Shown piece by piece: positions 1 through 14,594 of a stretch of DNA of 64,000 bases. This stretch comes from Eledone cirrhosa. Its lineage: Eukaryota. The position numbers and the translations under genes were made by a program. The stretch covers positions 343,852,001 to 343,916,000 of the forward strand of contig OZ024742.1 in NCBI GenBank assembly GCA_964016885.1, in the 5' to 3' direction. The stretch's first letter is position 1. Every line of letters starts with the position of its first letter. The notes under the pieces were generated by a model. The model was not told where the DNA came from, did no database searches, and saw nothing but the letters and a program-made list of their open reading frames with translations.

Positions 1-2
1 TG

Positions 3-49
<47 letters not shown>

Positions 50-56
50 ATATATA
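1..56. repeat. (TATC)n/(TA)n microsatellite; 5' flank and target site of the Tx1 element
   Basis: Direct tandem repeat; 39-56 TATCTATCTATATATATA recurs at 5459-5476. Confidence 0.95.
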
Positions 57-69
57 AAAATTTGAAAAA

Positions 70-1822
70 TTGCATGACAATATTAATACCACAAACAAAG
101 ACACAACAAACACAAAAATAACATTTGAAAACAACATCATAACAGAAAGCAAAGCAGACGACAAAGTCAACACCAATAAGATTTCATTTGCACAAACAAC
201 AAAGAAATCTTTGACATATATACCTGAAAATATTTCAGATGTGGCACAAAGAATTGCAGACGCCAAACAATATATAACTGAAGGAGAGAGTGGTATTTTA
301 TCGGTAAAAATGCCTCAAGAACTCACCAAAGACATTGAAAGTCGAACGGTCGTTTTCCGCACCATCAACAACACTTCAAAAAAACCTGAACAGCCAACTC
401 AAACAGAAATCAAAACAGTACTTACAGAAGTACTTAATGAAACCACTTTCATAAGAAAAGACAGACTGTATGGAAGCAGCGATTATTATGAAGAACGAAT
501 CGGCGGCAAAAAAAATGTGCTTTGTCACCGATTCGTTCGAAAAATTTTACCTTTTATCCATCTTATATGGGTAAAAGAACTCAACGCATATGGCTGGATG
601 CAATGATGCCAGATGTGGACTAGACTACTGCTGGCTCATAGCTGGCTTCATCGATCCAGCGAATGACAACGTGATTTCCATTGGGAAAACCACAGGCAAT
701 GCGTTCAGTGGAACAGGTATAGAACTTGTAGTGCAAATGAAGCCTGAACGCATCGCCCAAATACCCGACAGAATCCTATTAGAGGGCCAAGGGTATATAA
801 ACATTAGCGTGGAGGGGAGAAGGCCGTCCTGTCATATCTGTGCTGGCAGAGGACACCTGAAGGCCGCTTGTCCCCAACTCAACAAAAAGAAAACCCTGCT
901 ACCAACACCAGCTCCACCACCACCACCACAGCAGATAAACAAACAACAAAACTCAGTCCCACCCAACCCGTCCCTCAGTAAAACTACACCACCACCACAA
1001 CACAAACAGTCACAACACATTACCCCAAAACAAAATACAGGCCCACCCAACCCCTCACTCAATAAAACAACACAACCACCGCAGCCACAACACACAACAC
1101 AGTCTAACATAGTGACATCCATCTCCCCCACAAAGAAAACCAACACGGAAACATTACCAGCAAACATACCTCTTCCCTCCAACACTGAAGATAACCCAAC
1201 GAATTCGGAGGAAGAAACGGAGTCCTTCAGACAGATTAAAAGGAAAAAAAGAAAACATGTGCAAAACACACAAGGCCAAACAACCCCCACCCAAATGTCA
1301 ACACAATCCAACAAAACACAAAACACCCCTCCAGCAACAAACAAAACCAAACCTGCCCCTCCCCTCTACGAAACACTCACACCATCCGAAAAAAAGACAT
1401 TACACTATACTTACATCAACAGAAACAATAATAAATTAAATGAACTCATAAACAATAATCCTTCGGTACAAACCGAAGGTGTAAACTTTGTTTCTTCAGA
1501 AAACTACCCACATTTAAAATTAATAAAGATCCCAATGAACCTCTACCAAAAACTAAAAAAGGATTTTAAGGAGGACGTAGGACCACCCTCTGTCAAACCC
1601 ATAAACCGTGTCCTACTAAAAAGCTTTCCCCTCCCCTTCCCCTCCCCAACACAACTCCAAACACCCCAACCCCACCACACACTGACGACCCCACACCACC
1701 ACAAGACACCCCTTCACCCAACACCCCCGACCCCATGGAAGTCGTGCGACCTGAACCCCGGGAAGCAGAAAGGTAGGTCTCTACACTCTCCTTTGGCTCT
1801 GCCGCCCACATGGATGTGTTAA
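70..1822 (+). pseudogene. Tx1 ORF1 (gag-like nucleic-acid-binding protein), frameshifted near 500-625
   Basis: VEGRRPSCHICAGRGHLKAAC zinc knuckle, Pro/Thr/Gln-rich tail and basic KRKKRK; third-frame YPSYMGKR segment aligns with the second copy (LVPSYCGQK). Confidence 0.85.
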
Positions 1823-4800
1823 GAGTAGGCGGTTTGAATGCACGTGGCCTGGGCTCAACTTGGAAGCAAGCAAAGCTTCTAAATGACCTTAGGTCATGTG
1901 GTATAAATGTAATGGTTATCTGTGAGACTCGGATCAGCGTCGTGCGGCAGCTGGCCCCTACCTTCGATGACTTTGAGGTGCATGCATCTCTCTGTCAACC
2001 TGGAGGTGGGGATGGGGTTGTCGTACTGTTGCAAAAACACCTGGGTCTTGCCGTACAGGTTGTTCACTCGGACCCGGAGGGTCGTTTGTTGGTGCTAGAC
2101 GTTGGCAGTAGTGAAGGTGCGGCCTTGAGACTGGTCGCCGTCTACTCCCCTTTCGGAGCTGAACGGCGCGACTTCTTCCAGCGTTTGGAGACTTTTCTGG
2201 GAACGTCGCGTTCCCTGCTTCTAGCGGGGGATTGGAATGACATCCTAGATGCACGTTGGGACTATGCAGGAGCATGTCCTAATAGAGGGGGGTGTAACAG
2301 CCTCAAGGGGTTACTCGACCGTTTTAACTTGGTCGATAGATATCGACTAGATTTTCCAACTGTGCCTACCTGGACTTGGAGAAACCACAGTGGTCAATCT
2401 AGATCGTACTTAGATAGATTCTTAGTTAGAAGTAAGGATAGGGACATATTAAGCTGTCCAGAAATGCGCACGGTTGGCTATACGGATCACAAATTAGTGA
2501 CCTGCGTAGTCAATCTCGAGAAAACACATAAACAGGGTCCCGGTTACTGGAAACTTAATTTGTCTTTACCGGCAAAAGAGACTTACAGAAACCGGATTAG
2601 CAGATTAGTTAAGGAGAGGTTGACGGGTGCAATCGTCAACAACCGATGGTGGGCATCTCTCAAAAGAGAGATTAGAACAGAATCAATAAGTTATAGCAAG
2701 ATGTTAGCTGCCGATAGGAATAGAAACGAGAAAGAATTAACAGGTAAATTAGAAGAGGCAATCAAGAGCGAAGATGTGGCCAGAGTGCTGGCATCGAGGA
2801 CGGCCTTGAACCAGTTTTTCGATGCAAAGCACGAAGGCTGCGTCATTCGAAGTAAAATACGTGCTCTAGGTAATGAGGGGGCCAAAGCCGTTGGCTGGGC
2901 CCGCGTGACAGAAGCTAAGAGTGGAAATCGATCCACCATCCGGTCGTTGCAAGACGAGGATGGACGGGTGATCCGGGAGCCTAAGCAGATGTGCGAGGCC
3001 TTTCAAAGGTACTTTGCCCGATTATTCGGGGGAGGAGAGGGTCCGGGCGGGGACGTGGATTTCGGTCCATACCTCGACGGCCTGCCGCGTCTCTCGAGCG
3101 AAGAGGCAGAGTCCTGCGAGGGACCAATCTCGGCTGATGAGATCGGAGATGCGCTGAACCAATGCAGCAGACGCAAATCTCCAGGTCTCGATGGTATACC
3201 TTACGAACTTTATTTAGCAATGCCGGTCTTCTTCTCCGAACTTCTCGAAGCGGTCTACTGCAATTGGCAGCAGAACGGGAGAATTCCTTGTTCTGTAGCC
3301 AAGGGCGTAGTCTCGCTGGTGAGGAAGGACGAGAACAAGGGGGATAGTATAAATAATTTTCGGCCCATAACCCTACTAAACACAGAGTTAAAGATTTTGG
3401 CCAAGGTGTTAGCAAAGAGGTTGGCGCTTGTCGTGGGTGGCCTGGTGGGAGATGCGCAGACATGTGCTATCCCATCCAGGTCCATTCACGATAACCTCCA
3501 CCTCATGCGATACATCATAGCTTGGCAACAAACCCGGCTTCGGTGGGGCCCTGATCAACTTGGATCAGTCTAAGGCCTTCGATAGGGTCGACCATGGTTA
3601 CCTGGATGCGGTGCTAGCGGCGGCTGGGTTCGGTCCTGTTTTCAGAGGCTGGATCACTGCCTTACATAGCAACCACATCTGTTCTAGGATCAAGGTGAAC
3701 GGTTACCTTTCGAAGCCGTTCGAAATCACACGATCCATTCGACAGGGGTGCCCTCTCTCCTCCCTTCTGTACGTATTGACTCTCGAGCCTTTACTGAGGA
3801 AGTTAGAGTTGTTGCAGGGTATCCCCCTGGAACCAGGATTGAGAAAAGCGGTGTCGGCCTACGCCGATGACGTAACAGTAATGGTATCGACCGACTCGGA
3901 GATCGAGGCGATCGGTACCTTACTGGAGGATTACGAAAGGTTGTCAGGAGCGAAACTGAACCGGGAAAAATCCATCGAGCTGCAACTCGGAACGTGGAGA
4001 GGCAGACCGATGCCTCCCGACGGTGTCGTCGGACACTGGACGGAGGGCCCGGTAAAGTTGCTTGGGGTCTGGTTTGGACCGGACCTCCAGGTGGAAAAGA
4101 ACTGGGACGAGGTTACGAAGAAGGTGTTTGCACAAACCCAGAAATGGGCCAAGTGTAAGCTGTCCCTAAAAGGCCGGGCGGAGGTGGCGAACATTTACAT
4201 AGCGTCCGTCACTTACTACCGCCTGACTGTCGTGCCTTGCCCTAAGGAAACACTCACCACCATGGAACGCATGCTCTTCCAATTTCTTTGGAAGAAGCGC
4301 CCTCCTATGGTGAGAAGATCCATCTGCTGCCAACAATCTTCGAAAAGAGGGCTGGGGATGCCGTGGTTGATGATGCGTAGGCACGCATTAAGGCTACGGC
4401 ACCTACAGGTATTCCTCACTGGTCAACCGGTGTGGGTTCCGTTCGTGAAACGAGCCTTTCCGAGACTCGTCTCGCTCACCGAGCTGCAGTCCTGGGTCAA
4501 GCAAAGATCCGGAAAACTGGGAGACTGGCACACTGAGTGTGCTCAGGCGCTCAGGGCTCTCTGGCAAGCGGACCAGGCCATCGGTGGAGAATCCACCTCA
4601 TCATTCTATAGAGGCTGGTGGCTAGCAGGAGCGATGACACTCTTGGAGAGTCGCTGGACATGGAAGAGGACGAACTGGCCAGGCTGTTCGGTAGGACTTT
4701 CGGCCCGGGACCAATGGACAACTTCCAGAAGTCACTAGCCTGGCAGTGCTACCGGGGGGCTCTACCCGTTCGAGAGAGGCTCTACAGACACGGGTGCCCG

Positions 4801-5241
4801 GGCAGGGATCCCTCGAAAAAGATTTGCCCTAGATGCGTGCGTCACGAATAAACCGTTGCGCACGCATTGGTGCAATGTCCGGGCGTGGCTGATCTGTGGG
4901 GCTACGCCGAACGACTGCTGTCGCGGGTGGCGCCGATTCAATTGACCGCCGAGTCCATGATGACAATCAAACCGCCTCCCCTCTTCACAAAGGAAGCAAA
5001 GGCGGTTTTTCTGTGCGTAATAGCCATGTTGAAAGAGGTTGTTTGGTGGACATGATTGAAAGGTCTGAGGTCAGGCAACTTCCTCTCTGGCCATAGTCTG
5101 GTCTACTTCTTCCGATATCACTTCGGAAGAAGGATAAGAATGGAGAGAGAGGTGCTTGGCCACAGGCAGTTTTATGAAAGGTGGGTGATAGTGGCGAGAA
5201 TGGCTCGTGTAAATGGGCCTTCTCTGTATACCATCCTGTAG
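1810..5241 (+). pseudogene. Tx1 ORF2 (APE endonuclease + reverse transcriptase + C-terminal zinc motif); frameshifts near 3520 and 4617, stops at 4849 and 5053
   Basis: LNARGL, ICET, GDWN, SYLDRF, TDH (APE); KSPGLDG, FRPITLLN, LDQSKAFDRV, RQGCPLS, AYADD (RT); CPRC...HALVQC; ATG overlaps the ORF1 stop by 13 nt. Confidence 0.93.
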
Positions 5242-5809
5242 GTAAAGAAGTGAAGGAGAGGGGAGCACCTTCTCCATGTGCTCCCCGGGCAAAGGATTGC
5301 ACACTTTTTCGGGGGGATGTGCAACCCCCATCACGTCCCCTCACTTTTGAGGTTATTTTCGATTATTTTCATTTTATACCCTTTTTACTCGATTGTATGT
5401 AAACTCCCCCTTTGTATTTGTCCCTTCTTTTTATGCCTTTATGGTAAATAAAGAAATATATCTATCTATATATATATATATATGTGTGTGTGGGTGTGTG
5501 TGTGTATCTGAGAGAGATAGAAAAAGACAGATAAAGAGAGAGTGAGAGAGAATGTCAATGACAGAGAGACAGAGAGAAACAAAGAAATGAAAAAAGTACA
5601 ATGTGTCAAACGCCTCAACCAAGCGGAAATTTCTATTTAGGAAAATTAATGTGACAAACGTGGAAACCATTTTGTTTTTATTTTCTGATGCAGCAAATAG
5701 ACAAATAATACATCTTTTCTTGATAATTATAAGCTGTTAACTACGAAGACCTTAAGGCTCTTTTAGTTTGAAGCACTTATTAGATATACCTGGAATTACA
5801 ATGGATTGG

Positions 5810-6010
5810 ATGGTGAGTGTTTCAATGTTTTGATCAACTGAACAGCTTGCTCGTGAAATTAATGTGTAAGTGGCTGAGCATTCCACAAATACATTTACCC
5901 TTAAGGTATTTCTCAGGGAAATTCAGCAAAATACTGTATGTGACAAGGTCGACATTTTAAATTACAGGTACGACTTTCCCCAGTTAAATAGACCGGAGCA
6001 ACGTTAAGTT
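5810..6010 (-). mobile_element. SINE fragment (CORE-like family; related to 18160-18470 and 60000-60290)
   Basis: Shared block ...ctcgtgaaattaatgtgtaagtggctgagcattccac...ctcagggaaattcagc. Confidence 0.6.
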
Positions 6011-6462
6011 ATGCCCCAAGCATCAACTTCATAACGAAAAATTTAGTTATATTACTTAGGCAATGTTTTTCATTGAAGTATATTAATGAAAACATTAAAT
6101 TGTTTATATTTATCTAAAAATATTCACAATTTTATGTAATAACTTTCGTTAACTTACAACCTAAACACCTGCTAAATAATGTTAATGAGAACGTTAGTTA
6201 TATTGCTAAATCCTTTTAAAGTGATGAGCGGTTATGTTCTTTAGAAATATTGTCAGATCTTTATTAAATGACTGTTAGAAGATAATTATATTGTTAAACC
6301 TTTCGAAATTCATAATTACTTTCAATATGATCTGAAAATCATAAGCAGTGTCTTTCATAAGATATACGGTGATTAATATAACTAAAAAGGGTCCGGGCAA
6401 GGTTGTTTGTAGAAGACCAGCAGTCACCCATGCATACCAGTCTCCCCTCTTCACGTCACCAA

Positions 6463-7130
6463 TGTTGTCCAAGAGAAAGGCAATGGCTGATACAGCTTAG
6501 CACCAGTGATGTCACAACATACTATATATATATTTTATATACCATACTATATATATAGTTTATACACCATATATACACTACATTATATATGATGTTGTCC
6601 AAGAGAAAGGTAATGTCTGATACAGCTTGGCACCAGTGATGTCACAACATACTATATATATATTTTATATACCATACTATATATATAGTTTATACACCAT
6701 ACTATATATATAGTTTATACACCATATATACACTACATTATATATGATGTTGTCCAAGGGAAGGGTAATGTCTGATACAGCTTGGCACCAGTGATGTCAC
6801 AACATACTATATATACATTTTATACACCATACTATATATATAGTTTATACACCATACTATATATATAGTTTATACACCATATATACACTACATTATATAT
6901 GATGTTGTCCAAGGGAAGGGTAATGTCTGATACAGCTTGGCACCAGTGATGTCACAACATACTATATATACATTTTATACACCATACTATATATATAATT
7001 TATACACCATATATACACTACATTATATATGATCTTGTCCAAGAGAAAGGCAATGTCTGATACAGTTTGGCACCAGTGACATCGTAACTCAATTTTACAG
7101 CTGAGTAAACTGGAGCAACGTGAAATAAAC
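6463..7130. repeat. Composite tandem repeat (about 130-155 bp units) of a SINE-derived segment plus TA-rich spacer
   Basis: Five copies of gttgtccaagrgaarggyaatgkctgatacagcttggcaccagtga; last copy continues into SINE body (cagctgagtaaactggagcaacgtgaaat). Confidence 0.85.
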
Positions 7131-8190
7131 TAAAGATATATGGTTAAGAAAGGGTTAATAGACATAACAAATAATTCTTCTCTCAAGTCTGTAACGTGTT
7201 GGGTTGAAGTTCCACAACAGAAATATTGCCATAATTACAGGAAACAGCTTTTGTTCCAAACTTTCATTTGTAACGATTACTTTTGTTTTATACACACACT
7301 CACATAAAAACACAGACATACACACACATACATACCAACACAGACATACACACACACACACAAACACAGACATACACACACACACACACACACATACAAA
7401 CACAGATATACACACACACATACAAACACAGACATACAGAGACAGACAAACACGCACACATACAAACACACACATACAGAGACAGACACATACAAACATA
7501 GACATACACACACACATACATACATACAAATACAGACATACAGAGACACACACATACAAACACAGACATACACAAACATACATGCAAACGCAGACATACA
7601 CATACAGACACATACAGGGACATACATACATACACACACATATACATACAAACACAGACATACACACACACACATACATACAAACACACACATACACACA
7701 CAGACACATACAAACACAGACATACAAACACAGACACATACAGGGACATACACACATACACACATACATACAGAGGACATACACACACATATATACATAC
7801 ACATATACAGAGACAGACAGACACACACATACATACAGACACACATACGTACACATATAAAGAGACTGAGAGTCACACACACACATATACACACACATAT
7901 ACATACACACCATTACTTACACATATACAGAGACATGCAGACACCCGCACATACACACACACATATATATATATATATACACACATTTACATATATATAT
8001 ATATACATACACATATATAAACGTATACTCACGCACATATTTATACACACATATATTTATATATACACATCCACATGCATATATATACGCACATATACAC
8101 ACACCCATACATATATATACACACATTTCCACACAACCATACATATATATACACACACTTCCACACACCCATAAATATATATACACATAC

Positions 8191-8482
<292 letters not shown>

Positions 8483-8488
8483 TATATT

Positions 8489-8521
<33 letters not shown>

Positions 8522-8972
8522 TTCCACGCACACCCATAAATACACACACACACACACACACATGCATATATACATACACACACATTTCCACGCACAAAAT
8601 ACAATTCAATCCAGCAAATAGCTTTTTAGTTATTTCATTAATTAATTTTATGACTTTTACTTCTTTTTATTTCATTCTTTTTCTTTTTTTTTTCATATTT
8701 ATACTTGTATATATTTATATATGTTTAAATATACTTTTATAACATTAAATATTTGTATATATTTGTATATATTTATATACATTTATATATATTTATATAT
8801 ATTTATATACATTTATATATATTTATATATATTTATATACATTTATATACATTTATATATATTTATATATATTTATATACATTTATATATATTTGTATAT
8901 ATTTATATACATTTATATATATTTATATATATTTATTTATATTCATATACTATACATATATATACTTTTATA

Positions 8973-9012
<40 letters not shown>

Positions 9013-9065
9013 TATGTGTATAAAAAATATATGTGTATAAAAATATATATATATAAAAAAATATA

Positions 9066-9160
<95 letters not shown>

Positions 9161-9176
9161 AATATATATATATAAA

Positions 9177-9220
<44 letters not shown>

Positions 9221-9388
9221 ATATATATATATATATATACTCTATATATATAAAAATATATGTGTATATATATATATACACACACACACACATACACACA
9301 CACATATATATATATATATATACAATATATATATAAAAATATATGTGTGTATATATATATATATATACACATATATTTTTATATATAT

Positions 9389-9449
<61 letters not shown>

Positions 9450-9550
9450 ATATATATATATATACACATATATTTTTATATATATATTGTATATATATAT
9501 ATATATATATACACATATATTTTTATATATATATTGTATATATATGCATA

Positions 9551-9584
<34 letters not shown>

Positions 9585-9699
9585 CACACATATATTTTTT
9601 TATATATATGTTTGTATTTTTCACTCATTGAAATTGAGGCTTGTCACATGTTTCACTTTTTGATCATTTGTGTGATATCATGAAGGTTAAACGAAATTG

Positions 9700-10150
9700 T
9701 ATTACAACAGCAACAACAACAACAACACCAGCAACAATAACACCAACAACAACCACAACTAAAACAGCAACAACAAGAACCACAACTACACCAACCACAA
9801 CAACAACAACAACTACACCAACCACAACTGAAACAGCAACAACAACAACCACAACTACACAAACCACAACAACAACAACAACCACCACTACAACAACAAC
9901 CACTACAACAACCACAATACCGACAACAACCACCACCACTAAAACAACAACCACAATACCCACAACAACCACCACCACTACAACAACAACCACTACAACA
10001 ACCACAACAACAACAACAACCACCACCACTGCAACAACAACCACTACAACAACCACAATACCCACAACAACCACCACTACAACAACAACCACTACAACAA
10101 CAACCACAATCACAACAACAAAAGTAAAAACAACAACAACAACAATAACC
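9700..10150. repeat. (ACA/ACC)n trinucleotide low-complexity tract
   Basis: Direct inspection. Confidence 0.9.
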
Positions 10151-10439
10151 AGAATACAATATTTTCAGTGTTTTTTACGATCTGAGTTTAAAATCAACAG
10201 CAGTCAATTTTGCCTTTTATCCTGCTTGTGTCGTTATATTAGGTACCAGTTAACTATTGGTGTTCATATAATCCTCTTACCTCCCCACCTAAATTTGCAG
10301 CCCTTGTGCCTATATTTAAAATCATATATTTTGACAGTGTTTTACACATTAGTAGAATCTTTTAAATGGCGGCGTATTGGCAGAATCATTTAAATGGCGG
10401 CGTATTGGCAGAACCTTTAGAACGTCGGATAGAAAGCTT

Positions 10440-11025
10440 CACACACTGAATTAAATAAATGTCTCTCTCATAAAAGGCTCAAAACCTCTTGAGTGCACCT
10501 CTTATGTGTGTGTGACAGCTCACACCCATGCAGGTTTAGCTGGCCTCCTCCAAGGTATATCTCGTTGGAGGTGTCTTGGGTAATTTAATGGTAGGGACCC
10601 AGTCCTATCATCTCATTTCTACAGCTGAGTAAACTGGAGCAACGTGAAATAAAGTGTCTTGATCAAGGAAACAACACATCACCCGGTCCGAGAATTGAAC
10701 TCACAACCTTTCAATTGCAAGCCCACTGCTCTAGCCACTAAGCCATACGTCTTCACAATACATGCACCTCTTATACGTATATGTATATCGAAGGCCGGTG
10801 TTTATCCCGGTTTCCATGGCGTGAAGCGACTGAGAGTACAAGTCTTCCCCCTGGACAGGACACCAGTCCATCGCAGGGGTAACTGGTACCCATTTTCAGC
10901 TGCGTATAGTGGAGCAACGTGAAATGAAGTGTTTTTCTCAAGAACACAACACCCAACCCAGCCCAGGAATCGAACCCACAACATTATGACCGTAAATCCA
11001 ACACCCTTACCACAAGGCTACGTGC
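10440..11025 (-). mobile_element. Two tRNA-derived CORE-like SINEs (similar copies at 15110-15492 -, 18530-18780 -, 29876-30115 +, 60000-60290 +)
   Basis: tRNA A/B-box-like head (tggcttagtggytagagc...gttcrattc) and tgtttccttgarcaagacactttatttcacgttgctccagt core. Confidence 0.8.
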
Positions 11026-11204
11026 ATAGATCCGTAACTCATAATGGAGTCGTAAGAGCGCCGTAGTGAAATACAACGTATCGTGGGCACTTTAAACATG
11101 GAGGAGTCCATTCTTCTCAAGTCAACGCAAAATGTCAGTGGTATAATATTGTCCGACACTCTACCGATTATTTCAATTCCCTGTAATTAGTTGAATACTA
11201 ATAA

Positions 11205-12015
11205 TAATTATTTCTGACATTGGCACAAGGCCAGAAATTTGGTGGTAAGGGGAAAGTTGATTATAACTTAACTGGTATTTTACGGTGGATTGGCAGTATC
11301 GGTAGAGGGTCGGACGCCATGCTTTGCAGCAAAGAGTTATGGCCCATTATGGTCTGAGTTCAAATCCCGCCGAGGTTAACTTTGCCTTTCATCCTTACGG
11401 AGTCGATAAAATAAAGTACCAGTAATGTAATGGGATAATTGCTGACCTTGAGCCAAAAGTAGAAACAATTATATTTTCTTGAACTCAGAAGGATGAAATA
11501 CAAAGTTGATCTCGACAACATTTTGAACTCAGAACGAAGAAAGTCGTGACAAAATACCGCAAAGCATCTTGTCCGACGCTCTACCGACACTGGTAATCCA
11601 CCATAATGTGCACTAAACTGCTGAAGTATATTATAAATCCCTATCTGTACAAACAATACAGGTTTCTAACAGAAGCAGCAAGAAATGTCTATGTAAACGC
11701 AGGTTTTATAATATATATTTAAGGGTGTAAACATATATTATTTATGTCCCTTTACGGTCTGAGTTCAAATACCGCCGAGGTTACCTTTGTCTTTCATCCT
11801 TACGGAGTCGATAAAATAAAGTACCAGTAATACACTGAAATAATTGCTGGCCTTGTGCCAAAAGTAGAAACAATTATTTATGTATTTCACCATAAGTTGA
11901 AAAAAGAAAAGCTTGATTCGAGTTTTGTTTTTTGTTGAGATCTTCATATAACAGAATGCCACTGTATCTACATTATCTACACCCTTCACAAACCACTAGA
12001 AAATACGCAACCATA

Positions 12016-12102
<87 letters not shown>

Positions 12103-13580
12103 ATACAATAACAGAGAAAGCTTTAAGCAATACTCCGACCGACTTCCGTCTCATTCAACAAACATTAGGATATACCTTAGTATAATCCCAATTATACGTT
12201 TGGGGTGTTAACTATACGTATTTTGCGGATAGCCAGTTGTATTATTTTATATGAGACATAATTAAATATATCCCTCTTTCCAAACGATCGTTTCATTATA
12301 AGTTTTCAACAAGCTGGGAACATAATATCCAGGTTATGTAGAAGCCTACATATAGTCCATAGGAATATATGCAGGTGGGCACTTATAAATCATCAGTGGA
12401 TGCCCAACAATATCGATATAAAAAAAACCCTACCGATATTAACATTCAGCGAATGTACCCGTCAGTGTTAGAGTGATATATATATATTTGGCATGGCAGA
12501 ACTAAGGAATTCGGCCTACTAACTTACATTTTTTTTTACTGCTGACGTTGATACTTATGTCAATGATATATTAAATTGTGCATAATAATTGTTTCTACTT
12601 TTGGCACAAGGCTGCAATTACCCAGTGCATTACTGATACTTTAATTGATCGACCCCGTAAGGATGAAAGGCAAAGTTAACCTCGGCGGGATTTGAACTCA
12701 GATCATAAAGGGCCGTAACTCTTTGCTGCAAAGCATGGCGTCCGACCCTCTACCGATACCACTATGGCTTCTAGTTTAAGCAAAAGTCAAACAATTGTTT
12801 TTTTGAGGGGAAAGTCGATTAATTTGACCCCAGTGCATTACTGGTACTTTATTTTTTCGACCCCGTAAGGATGAAAGGCAAAGCTAACCTCGGCGGGATT
12901 TGAACACAGAACGTAAAGAGACGTAACTCTATGCCGCAATGCATGTTGTCCGACGCTCTACCGATTCTGGAACCTATAATAATGTTTTTTTATTTAAGTT
13001 GAAGGTCAGCAATTGGAGGCTGGAGATGATTTCTTCCTTTGTATTTTATTTTTGTCGATTCTGGAAGGATGGAAGTAGTGTTGACCCTGGTGGGATTTGA
13101 ACACAGAACATAAAGAGAAGGAAGACACACCACAAAACACTTTTTCCGACGTCCTAACAACTCTGCCAATCAACCACAAGTAATTGAAGTGGAGAGAGGA
13201 ATGTCCACTAAATCGACCCCAGTACTTAACTGGTAATTTATTTTTGTCGAAGAATGAGAGGCTAAGTAACCCCGGAATAGCCGGAAGAAATACCACAAAA
13301 CACATTGTCCGATGTCCTAACAATTCTACCAGCCAACCGTCCTTAAGGGTTTCTACTTTAGGCACAAAACTATGAGTAGTAGTAATTGGAGAGGAGAGAG
13401 GAAAGTTGCCTAAATTACCTCAGTACTTAACTAGTAATTTATTTTAGTCGACTCCGGAATGATGAAAGACAAAGTTTACTTCAATGGGATTTGAACTCAG
13501 AACATAAAGTACTATAACAAATATGGCAAAACATTTTTCCGTCGCTTTAACGAGTCAACTAACCCACTGCCCTAATCAAA
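11205..13580. mobile_element. Cluster of about 8 Meta/Sauria-domain-type tRNA SINE copies
   Basis: Repeated ggattggcagtatcggtagag...ctgagttcaaatcccgccgaggttaactttgcctttcatccttacggggtcgataaaataaagtaccag. Confidence 0.85.
12279..12400 (-). ncRNA. Type I hammerhead ribozyme with long stem II
   Basis: TCCA-CTGATGA-tTTATAAGT...(about 77 nt)...ACTTATAAt-GAA-AC GATC GT-T-TGGA; palindromic stem III ACGATCGT. Confidence 0.7.
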
Positions 13581-14371
13581 ATAATTGTGATAGCTGTTGT
13601 TGTTTTTGTTGTTGTTTACTCCCAGGTTCATCCCAACTAAACAAACCTGTGTCTAGTTCATCTTTTTCTATATCTAGGACTACATTGTTTAATATATCCT
13701 TTCAGTTGAAAGCATTTAGCTGCTATTTCCTGTAGGTCAAGTGACTCTAAGGTGGCCCTTTCGCAGTAAACCTGCGACCATCTCGTCTTTTTCTATATCT
13801 AGGACTACATTGTTTAATATATCCTTTCAGTTGAAAGAATTTGGCTGTTATTACCTGTAAGTCAAGCGGCTTTAGATTAACCTTCTCGTTTCTAGTAATT
13901 ACTAATGCTGACATTTATAAATTAAATTAAGCTGATGTAAATGTATGGTACAATTAAAGTAGAATTTCCACATAATAGCATTGTGACATACTAATTATAG
14001 GCTTTCTGTCCAAAATGTTGATATATTGTGCAGTTAACATTTCATCAAGGCTAATTATTAGGAACATATTAAAAGAAAAATCGGTAAACAAATGTGATTT
14101 TAGGCGATATTATAATATATATTTCTGAAATTAATCTGTTTTATAATGGTGTTAATACGTCAATATTTATATACCTGACAAAAAAAAAATTGATGCATCT
14201 TTTACTTGATCTTAAATAAGTTAAAATATATACCGCTCCCAACTGCAACAACCCCGCTGATATAATGTAAAGACTCACACCGTGCCTGTTAGTTGAACCA
14301 GTCTAGTGTAAAATACATATGTATACGAACAGAGAGAGAGAATGGGGGCGGGTATGATATAATCGTATATA

Positions 14372-14460
14372 TACGAGGGTCGGCTGAAAATTTCATAGGC
14401 TGACCAAGAGACTCTCATAGAATGATCAAATGAGGTTTATTTTTCAACATAATCACTAGA
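14372..14460 (+). mobile_element. Mariner-type terminal fragment
   Basis: TA + CGAGGGTCGGCTGAAAA start typical of mariner TIRs. Confidence 0.55.
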
Positions 14461-14551
14461 AAGAAACAATACAGTTATTAGTAACAAGCGTTGAAATTAA
14501 AGCATGCAAGATTTCAAAGCTCTAGCATCTCTCCTTCATAGTCAGCCAAAT

Positions 14552-14592
<41 letters not shown>

Positions 14593-14594
<2 letters not shown>

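Larger units (their letters stand above)
57..5458 (+). mobile_element. Full-length L1/Tx1-clade non-LTR retrotransposon, inactivated copy
   Basis: ORF1 with CCHC knuckle; ORF2 with APE endonuclease, RT and C-terminal Cys/His motif; 3' end AATAAAGAAATA; 18-bp TSD. Confidence 0.93.

Noticed and set aside
6270-6332. Possible minus-strand terminal exon (gattttcag|ATCATATT..., AATAAA downstream)
   Set aside because: Short AT-rich frame with chance-level signals and no homology
9641-10393. Thr-rich mucin-like ORF and Cys-rich antisense ORF
   Set aside because: (ACA)n low-complexity tract that runs straight into a SINE; no splice or domain support
11891-11995. Possible minus-strand exon after gtattttctag
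   Set aside because: Weak donor, ambiguous frame, no independent support
14175-14302. Minus-strand hydrophobic stretch TGSTNRHGVSLYIISAGLLQLGAVYIL resembling a GPI/TM tail
   Set aside because: Modest acceptor; cannot be linked to other exons from sequence alone
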